A stretch of 34,020 nucleotides of DNA from a virus (taxonomy: Duplodnaviria; Caudoviricetes), in the IMG/VR virus record IMGVR_UViG_3300032330_000493, positions 1 through 34,020 of that record, one strand, 5' to 3'. Below are positions 27,808 through 34,020 of this stretch, in pieces (position 1 is the stretch's first letter; each line of letters opens with the position of its first letter). Made by a program: the position numbers and the translations under genes. A model generated the notes under the pieces. That model did not search any database. It saw only the letters and a list, made by a program, of their open reading frames with translations, and was not told the DNA's origin.

Positions 27808-28230
27808 ATGGCTTATTCAGGACGTTATACACCCGAAAACCCCAAGAAATATCTTGGTGACCCTACAAATATCTGGTATAGAAGTTTGTGGGAACGTAGT
27901 GTTATGGTCCATTTAGATAAAAGTCGCAGTGTTCTTGAATGGTCTAGTGAAGAAATTGTCATACCTTATTTATCGCCTGTAGATAACAGATGGCACCGAT
28001 ACTTTCCTGATTTTTTGGTTAAAACTGAATCTGATACAATATTGCTTGAAGTAAAGCCATATAACCAGTCAGTTCCTCCTGCTAAAAAGTCAAAGGTAAC
28101 AAAGAGATATCTAAATGAGGTGATGACTTATGGCGTCAATCAGGCTAAATGGAAAGCCGCAGAAGAATATTGCGCTGACCGAAAGTGGAAGTTTAAGGTT
28201 GTGACTGAAAAGGAACTATTTAAAAAGTAA
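27808..28230 (+). CDS. gp4: Head completion protein (TnsA-like nuclease fold)
   Basis: MAYSGRYTPENPKKYLGDPTNIWYRSLWE, WSSEEIVIPY, HRYFPDF, EVKP, NQAKWKAA; start reassigned to 27808. Confidence 0.93.
   Translation: MAYSGRYTPENPKKYLGDPTNIWYRSLWERSVMVHLDKSRSVLEWSSEEIVIPYLSPVDNRWHRYFPDFLVKTESDTILLEVKPYNQSVPPAKKSKVTKRYLNEVMTYGVNQAKWKAAEEYCADRKWKFKVVTEKELFKK
27967..27974 (-). promoter_or_regulatory. Candidate late promoter GATAAATA for the gp48 operon
   Basis: Plus-strand tatttatc inside gp4, about 180 nt upstream of the gp48 ATG; nearest NATAAATA I found on that strand. Confidence 0.4.
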
Positions 28231-28775
28231 TGCCATCCCTATACGAAAAACTCAGCAAAGAGATGAAAGCAGCGGGTATCAAACCCCGCACTCAGGCTGC
28301 TAAGCAATGGCTTCGCGGTAAGATTGGTGCGCTCAAGATTCCTAGCAATAGAGCAAATCTACTTAATGACCCTAATCGGTCAACAGGTTTTGCTGTTGTT
28401 GGGAGAATGTATTTCTTCCATTATGACCCAAAGTACAAAGACACTCTTCCCGTCTATGACCGCTTCCCGCTAGTCCTGCCAATGGAAGTATATCCAAACT
28501 CATTTCTTGGGTTAAACCTGCACTATCTAGACCCGTACAATCGTTTATATCTGTTAGATATGTTACAAGATTACATTACCAACACTAAATACGATGACAG
28601 TACTAGATTCAAGTTGGCATATTCTACATTGGCGTCAGCCAAGAGATTTAACTTTATCCAACCTTGCATTAAAAAGTATTTGTTTGAGCATATTATGTCT
28701 TCAATGATTTACATTGAACCGGATAGTTGGGAAACCGCTATCTTCCTGCCTACGGAAAAGATGGTGTACAACTAA
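28230..28775 (+). CDS. gp2: DNA end protector protein
   Basis: GRMYFFHYDPKYKDTLPVYDRFPLV, FLGLNLHYL, PCIKKYL, WETAIFLPTE. Confidence 0.95.
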   Translation: MPSLYEKLSKEMKAAGIKPRTQAAKQWLRGKIGALKIPSNRANLLNDPNRSTGFAVVGRMYFFHYDPKYKDTLPVYDRFPLVLPMEVYPNSFLGLNLHYLDPYNRLYLLDMLQDYITNTKYDDSTRFKLAYSTLASAKRFNFIQPCIKKYLFEHIMSSMIYIEPDSWETAIFLPTEKMVYN

Positions 28776-29449
28776 TGGCATTCTCAGTAGACCAATTTAG
28801 ACAACATTTTGCCAAGCATGGAGACTTTGCTAAGTCATCCAAATTCCAAGTAATGATTATGCGCAGCACGGCTCCTGATGTAGCAGCTGTTAAGGGTTTA
28901 AGTTTTCAGTGTGAAGCGACTGAACTTCCCGGCTTTACTGTTAATACACTCGAAGCAAAAGTTTATGGACCATCTTGGCATATTGCCTCCATTCCAGTCT
29001 ATACTGACCTTACATTAACTTTTGTTTGCGCATCTGATATGTGGGAAAAGAAATATTTTGATGATTGGATGCAAGTAATTGTACCAACTGGCAATGTTAC
29101 TCTAGATGAAGAATCGCCTCACGCAGAATATCGCGACAACTACTTATCAACAATTACGATTGACCAGTATAATGAATACAGCAAAAATAATATGTTGCAG
29201 ATTCCATATCGTGTTTTAATTTTTGATGCATTTCCTACAAGCATCGCGCCGCTTCCTTTAAACTGGGGCGAAGATGGTTTACACAGACTTGCAGTAACCT
29301 TTAAGTATCGCAAGTGGGGTAGAGGTCTTGCAGCAACATATCAAGAAGCAGTTGCTCCATCTATACCAAATAATCTTGACGGATTGAACCCACTAGAAGC
29401 CGGCACTAGTGGACTTGAAAATTATCAGAATTCCGGCAGAGTTTCTTAA
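28775..29449 (+). CDS. gp54: Baseplate tail tube initiator (gp19 fold)
   Basis: LSFQCEATELPG, YTDLTLTF, FDDWM, DAFPTSIAPLPLNW, VTFKYRKW; the TAATG-coupled start at 28775 is preferred. Confidence 0.8.
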   Translation: MAFSVDQFRQHFAKHGDFAKSSKFQVMIMRSTAPDVAAVKGLSFQCEATELPGFTVNTLEAKVYGPSWHIASIPVYTDLTLTFVCASDMWEKKYFDDWMQVIVPTGNVTLDEESPHAEYRDNYLSTITIDQYNEYSKNNMLQIPYRVLIFDAFPTSIAPLPLNWGEDGLHRLAVTFKYRKWGRGLAATYQEAVAPSIPNNLDGLNPLEAGTSGLENYQNSGRVS

Positions 29450-29471
29450 ATTTGATTGAAGCGAGGAAATT

Positions 29472-30203
29472 ATGGCTTTACCTATTGTACAACAACCTGT
29501 ATTTGAAGTGTATTTAAAATCTCTTGACAAGAAGGTTAAATTTCGCCCATTCTTGGTTAAGGAAGAGAAACTACTTTTAATTGCAAGAGAATCGGAAGAT
29601 AATGATGCTAGTCTCAACGCAATTAAGCAAGTCATTCAAAATTGTATAGTTGAATCTGCTAAAACCAAAAAGCCTTTTGACATTGACGCACTACCGCTAT
29701 TTGATGTCCAGATGCTCTTTACGCATCTGCGGATGAAGTCTATTGGCGAATCAGTGGCTCTTGAGTTCACGTGCAGCAATACACTTGAGGATGAGACTGA
29801 GTGCGGTCAAGAGAATACTTACAATCTAGACCTTACCAAGGTGAAGTATGAGATTGCTCCCGGTCATAGCAGAACTGTTCAAATTAATGACAAAGTTGGT
29901 GTAACGCTTCGCTATCCTACCATGACAAGTAAACTTGCTGAGAGCGAGGATTTGCTTGACGATTCTCTTAAACTAATCACCCAACATCTAGAGTTTGTGT
30001 TTGATGAAGATGGCGTCTATGATACCTTCACCCCTGCGGAGGTTGAAGAGTTTGTTAACAGTCTATCATCAGACCAACTTGACAAGGTTCTAAATTTCTT
30101 CATTACATCTCCAAAGGTTGTTCTTGAGGATACAGCAATTTGTAAGAAGTGCAAAAACGAGCATAAGATTTATGCGGAGGATTTGTACAGTTTTTTTATC
30201 TAA
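29472..30203 (+). CDS. gp26: Baseplate hub assembly protein (candidate gpG-like tail assembly chaperone)
   Basis: MALP...KVKFRPFLVKEEKLLLIA.ES, LRMKSIGE, LRYP, CKKC, C-terminal SFF; SD GAGG. Confidence 0.93.
   Translation: MALPIVQQPVFEVYLKSLDKKVKFRPFLVKEEKLLLIARESEDNDASLNAIKQVIQNCIVESAKTKKPFDIDALPLFDVQMLFTHLRMKSIGESVALEFTCSNTLEDETECGQENTYNLDLTKVKYEIAPGHSRTVQINDKVGVTLRYPTMTSKLAESEDLLDDSLKLITQHLEFVFDEDGVYDTFTPAEVEEFVNSLSSDQLDKVLNFFITSPKVVLEDTAICKKCKNEHKIYAEDLYSFFI
30176..30197 (+). other. Candidate programmed -1 frameshift signal (internal SD GGAGG plus T TTT TTT)
   Basis: GGAGG at 30176-30180, a 10-nt spacer, then the heptamer at 30191-30197 in X XXY YYZ register with gp26. The -1 frame stays open to 30391. 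Confidence 0.65.
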
Positions 30204-30232
30204 CCTTTGGATATGATAACCTAAGCAATTTT

Positions 30233-30391
30233 ATGCAAACCAATTTTGCGTTGATGCAACATCACAAATATGGTTACAATGATATTGACAGCATGATTGC
30301 TTGGGAGCGACAAGTGTACCTAATGATGCTAAGTGAGTACATTAAGGAAGAGAATGACAGACTAAAGTTACAGCAACAATCAAGAAGATAA
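30233..30391 (+). CDS. gp51: gp51-like baseplate hub assembly catalyst (52 aa, below the ORF-track cutoff; probably expressed as a frameshift extension of gp26)
   Basis: MQTNFALMQHHKYGYNDIDSMIAWERQVYLMMLSEYIKEENDRLKLQQQSRR contains the TNFALMQHHKY...M..WER..Y signature. Confidence 0.85.
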   Translation: MQTNFALMQHHKYGYNDIDSMIAWERQVYLMMLSEYIKEENDRLKLQQQSRR

Positions 30392-30394
30392 TAA

Positions 30395-33313
30395 ATGGCA
30401 TTAAACAATCCGCTTGCAACCGCAATTCAGGCACTCTCTCAACAAAAAAGAGTTGAGCCTGAAGATGAGAAAAAAGAGAAGGAAAAAACCCTAAAAAAGT
30501 CTAGGGAGATTCTCACTCGCCTAAAGGATATGCAGAAGTGGCAAAGAAAAGCCGACAAACAACTTTTTGGTTTAAATCTTATTGTACAAAAACTTGCTAG
30601 TGCTGACCAACCTACTGATATCAAGCAAATACTTGGACAGATTAACGCTAGACTGGCGCCAAGAACATTTAATCTTGGCGAGCAAGGTCAGTTTCAATAC
30701 GACCCACTAGCCCCTGAAGGAAAGCAAGTAACCAAACTCTCTAAAAAAGGAAAGTCTGTTGTAGGCGCAACAAAAAAAGATATTGAACTAATCCTTAAGA
30801 AAGCCGCATTCATTTTTAATCAAGAAGTTGAAAAGCAAAATACTGTTGTTAAAAAAGAAAAGAAGCCTAGCAAAAACAAAAAGGCTTCTGTTAGAACCAA
30901 GATGATGCGGTCAGTTGCTGACCAACCGGAAAAGAAAGACTTTACTGAAACATATAAGAAACTTGCTTTTGAGATGGAGGAAGATGACCCTGTCTATCTT
31001 CTCAAAAAGTCTATGGACAAGAACTTTGCTAAGGTCTTTAAGCAACTTAAAGAACTGCGCGCTCTTGTAATAAGCAACTCTAACGGTGCTGGAATTGACC
31101 CTTTGGATTTTGTAGGTCGTCGCAAACCTGGTGGTAGAGGCAGTAAACCTGGCAGAGGTGGCGCTGGAAGATTTGGTGGCATGGGCAGAGGACTTCGTGG
31201 TGCTGCCAGCGGTCTACTTGTTGGTGCCGGATTAGGTGCATACAACTCAGTACGTCAACTTGACCCTAATAGAGACGCAAGTGACATTGGAATTGATGCT
31301 GCTGTTAATACAGCTGGCGCAGCGTATTTTGGTACACGCGCAGTTAAATCTGTAAAAGAAGCACGAAAGACTGCTGCAGCTGCTAGTCGCTTAAACAGAA
31401 TGCGTAAAGTAAACCCAGATATCTTTAAGGGTACAGCCAAGCAAAAGGGGGTGTGGTCTAGATTCCTCAAGTATCTTGCTAAAAAATCCCCAAAATTAGC
31501 AGCAAAACTAGGAACAAAACTTGCAGCATCTGCTGGTCTTATGGCTGTACCAGTTGTTGGTTGGTTGGGCGCAGCTGCTAATATAGGGATGGCTGCTTGG
31601 ACAATGTATGATGTTTATGAACTTTGGAAAGAGTACAATGCTCTTTCTGAAGACGAAAAACTTCAATATGAAAATGCTGAGGGAACAACTCCAGCAGACC
31701 AAAAAAAGAATAAGCAATTAGCATCTGACACATCTAATGCTACAGCCGCAGAAAAGTATAACCAGCAAACTCGCGGTTCACGTGGCGGTAGAGGCGCACC
31801 TGCTGCTAGACCAGGAACAAATCCTCAAGCCGCTGTTGGTACAGTAGGCGCAACAGGACAAGAACTTAAAGGCGTAAGTGAATCCGGTTCTGCTAAGGAA
31901 GCAATGAAATTCTTCCAAGACAGAGGTTGGACCAAGGAGCAGTCAGCGGGTATTGTTGGTAACCTAATGGCTGAATCTGGTACATCAATGAAGACTGATG
32001 CATCAGGCGATAATGGTCATGCTTATGGTATAGCCCAATGGCAAGAGTATCGTCAGAAGGTATATGAGCGTACTTTTGGAAAGCCTATTCAAAAAGCAGG
32101 ATTTCGCGAACAACTTGAATATGTAAACTGGGAACTAAACAATACTGAAAAGCAAGCAGGTGATGCGTTACGTCAAACAAAAGATGCTGCTAGTGCTGCT
32201 GCTGTTGTAGACTCCTACTATGAACGTTCTGCCGGCATGCATCGACAGAAGCGTATTGACTATGCTAATCAGTTGCTAGATGATAAGTATCTTGATAAAG
32301 TTGCTACGCAACGTCCAAGAGGAGCAACTACTCCAGTAACAACTGCTATGCCTGCGGCTACTGGGGCAACTCCTGCACAACCTAGTGGAACAGCAACTGG
32401 TACTATTAACAGAAATCCCGTTGATGCAGCGGCTCCTCCTGCTCCTGTTCAACCTGCTGACAAGATTGCGGCAAAAGATTGGGCTTGGTCTGTATACTCA
32501 AATCAAGCAACAATTCAACAAGTTCCTGAAGTATATAAAAAGGATGTTGCTTCTATATTAGCCAATCCTCCGGCAAACTGGGAAGCAGAAAAGGCTAAGA
32601 TTGCAGGAACACCTGTTGAAACAGCAACGGCTCCTGATGAAGTTGCTATTACAGATAAAGCATTGCCAAGAGATGAAGCAACTTACGCAATGCAGCAACT
32701 GGGTATGATGAATGATACCCCTACACCAACTGCGCCAGTTGTAACTCCAGTACAAACAGTAACCAATAACACATCTAATGTTGCTCCAGTTACGACTCAA
32801 ACTACAAACACATCTAACGTTGCTCCAGTTACTACAAACAGAACAGCAATAAATTCTATTGCGGGCAACACTAATAACGTTAATAACACTACTAACAATG
32901 CTGCTCCAATAACTACGACAAGAGTACCAATAACTCCGGTCAGTAATGATGCAGCAGCCGCAGATACCGATACAAATAGTAAGTCTAACAAATTACTTGA
33001 TGGTATTCAACGTGTAGCAAATCATTTCTCGCCAAGAGCCGCTACTGGAATACGAACAGCGCGTTCAATTTTCGAAATGCTTAAGCCTAAGCAAAAGATT
33101 GCTGGTGATACTCTTGCACAAAATTCAGTAGAACTTGAGTCAAACAAAGCCGCAGCAGCGGTTGTTCCTCCGGTTATCATTCAGCAAAATGCTGGCGGTG
33201 GGGGAGGAGGATGTCGCTTTGTACCATCACCACCAGCACCTTTGCCGGCAGTTGATATTAAGAATGCTGATGCTTCAATTAAGAGTGCATTCAGTCGAGA
33301 TAGATGGGCATAA
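30395..33313 (+). CDS. Tape-measure / gp29-like protein with a phage tail lysozyme (Phage_lysozyme2-like) domain
   Basis: Follows gp26-gp51. Contains a hydrophobic segment VPVVGWLGAAANIGMAAW, the lysozyme motif AGIVGNLMAESG...AYGIAQW...QLEYVNWEL...YER (~31890-32280) and a T/N/P-rich tail. Confidence 0.75.
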   Translation: MALNNPLATAIQALSQQKRVEPEDEKKEKEKTLKKSREILTRLKDMQKWQRKADKQLFGLNLIVQKLASADQPTDIKQILGQINARLAPRTFNLGEQGQFQYDPLAPEGKQVTKLSKKGKSVVGATKKDIELILKKAAFIFNQEVEKQNTVVKKEKKPSKNKKASVRTKMMRSVADQPEKKDFTETYKKLAFEMEEDDPVYLLKKSMDKNFAKVFKQLKELRALVISNSNGAGIDPLDFVGRRKPGGRGSKPGRGGAGRFGGMGRGLRGAASGLLVGAGLGAYNSVRQLDPNRDASDIGIDAAVNTAGAAYFGTRAVKSVKEARKTAAAASRLNRMRKVNPDIFKGTAKQKGVWSRFLKYLAKKSPKLAAKLGTKLAASAGLMAVPVVGWLGAAANIGMAAWTMYDVYELWKEYNALSEDEKLQYENAEGTTPADQKKNKQLASDTSNATAAEKYNQQTRGSRGGRGAPAARPGTNPQAAVGTVGATGQELKGVSESGSAKEAMKFFQDRGWTKEQSAGIVGNLMAESGTSMKTDASGDNGHAYGIAQWQEYRQKVYERTFGKPIQKAGFREQLEYVNWELNNTEKQAGDALRQTKDAASAAAVVDSYYERSAGMHRQKRIDYANQLLDDKYLDKVATQRPRGATTPVTTAMPAATGATPAQPSGTATGTINRNPVDAAAPPAPVQPADKIAAKDWAWSVYSNQATIQQVPEVYKKDVASILANPPANWEAEKAKIAGTPVETATAPDEVAITDKALPRDEATYAMQQLGMMNDTPTPTAPVVTPVQTVTNNTSNVAPVTTQTTNTSNVAPVTTNRTAINSIAGNTNNVNNTTNNAAPITTTRVPITPVSNDAAAADTDTNSKSNKLLDGIQRVANHFSPRAATGIRTARSIFEMLKPKQKIAGDTLAQNSVELESNKAAAAVVPPVIIQQNAGGGGGGCRFVPSPPAPLPAVDIKNADASIKSAFSRDRWA

Positions 33314-33339
33314 AAAAGAGGGGGCTTTTCAGCCCCCTC
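33312..33339 (-). terminator. Rho-independent terminator of gp32 (possibly bidirectional)
   Basis: 9-bp stem GAGGGGGCT/AGCCCCCTC with a GAAA loop on the minus strand followed by TTTTTT; sits between convergent stop codons. Confidence 0.88.
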
Positions 33340-33342
33340 AGT

Positions 33343-34020
33343 TTACTCGCCAGCAAGTTGCTCAAAGAATGACATATCGTCATCTTCAACACTGATATCC
33401 TCAGCAGTAGCCTTCTTGGCAGGAGCCTTTGGCGAAGCAGCCTTTGGTTCATTCCAAGGCAGTTCCTCATCATCAATCTTGGGAGCAACAGCAGCAGCAG
33501 TGCCGCCGGCACCAAGAACCTTATCCAACTTTGCCTTCAGTTCATTATAAGTCTTAAAGTTATCGGCACTGACAAATTCCTTTAGGGAATAAGCCGACTT
33601 CCAAACCTTTTCAATTGCAGCATCATCACCATCAAGCAGAGCCGACTGAACATCAAACTCAGACTTGTCGTAGTTACGATAGCCTTCAACATTGCGAATC
33701 TTCAACTTAAAATTAGCACCCTTCCAGAAATCAAACGGATTAACAGGCTTCTCATCCTCAAACTGAGGATTTAACTTTTCGTTAATCTTGTCAAAAATCT
33801 TCTTGCCAAACTTAAACAGGAAGACCTTGCCTTCATTTTCAGGATGCTTTGCATCAGAGACAACAAGAATGTTAGCAACGTAAGTCAACTTACGCTTCTG
33901 CTTACGGGCAATTTCCTTGTTTGCTTCAACGCCGCTATTCCAGAGTTGAGTGTTGTACTCAGAAACAGGGTCATTCTTACCAAGAGTGGTGAGGCTGTTC
34001 TCGATGTACCAACCACCTGG
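33343..34020 (-). CDS. gp32: Single-stranded DNA-binding protein, 3' part (start is outside the window)
   Basis: The frame is open to the window edge: PGGWYIENSLTTLGKNDPVSEYN...RKQKRKLTYVANILVV, FGKKIFDKI, GANFKLKIR, YRNYDKSEF, acidic tail DDDMSFFEQLAGE. Confidence 0.97.
   Translation of the reverse strand, partial: PGGWYIENSLTTLGKNDPVSEYNTQLWNSGVEANKEIARKQKRKLTYVANILVVSDAKHPENEGKVFLFKFGKKIFDKINEKLNPQFEDEKPVNPFDFWKGANFKLKIRNVEGYRNYDKSEFDVQSALLDGDDAAIEKVWKSAYSLKEFVSADNFKTYNELKAKLDKVLGAGGTAAAVAPKIDDEELPWNEPKAASPKAPAKKATAEDISVEDDDMSFFEQLAGE

Noticed and set aside
27754-28775. ORF-track starts at 27754 (gp4) and 28727 (gp54); similarly 7764 and 33888
   Set aside because: Conserved N-termini, overlaps and coupling favour 27808, 28775 and 7740, and gp32 remains open past the window end.
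30197-30213. Hairpin TATCTAA-CCT-TTGGATA as a 3' frameshift stimulator
   Set aside because: It is weak and starts within the slippery site, so it would be inside the ribosome during slippage.

Overview
A structural-module segment of a large T4-like myovirus genome, of the non-enteric cyanophage/freshwater type. A ~27.8-kb minus-strand late block runs gp48, gp53, gp27-like hub, gp5, two unknown genes, gp25, gp6, gp7, gp8, a VrlC/DUF4815-like protein split into two genes, and a fibre/adhesin cluster. That cluster has three Gly-X-Gln collagen-like genes and a sulfotransferase. A divergent plus-strand block runs gp4, gp2, gp54, gp26, a 52-aa gp51-like ORF missing from the ORF track, and a tape-measure/gp29-like protein carrying a tail-lysozyme domain. 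The 3' part of gp32 converges on it through a terminator. The most striking unexplained signal is a candidate programmed -1 ribosomal frameshift (GGAGG, 10 nt, T TTT TTT) fusing gp26 to the gp51-like ORF directly upstream of the tape-measure gene, the same layout as lambda gpG/gpGT tail assembly chaperones. Family assignments come from motifs I recognised and from synteny; no database search was run.
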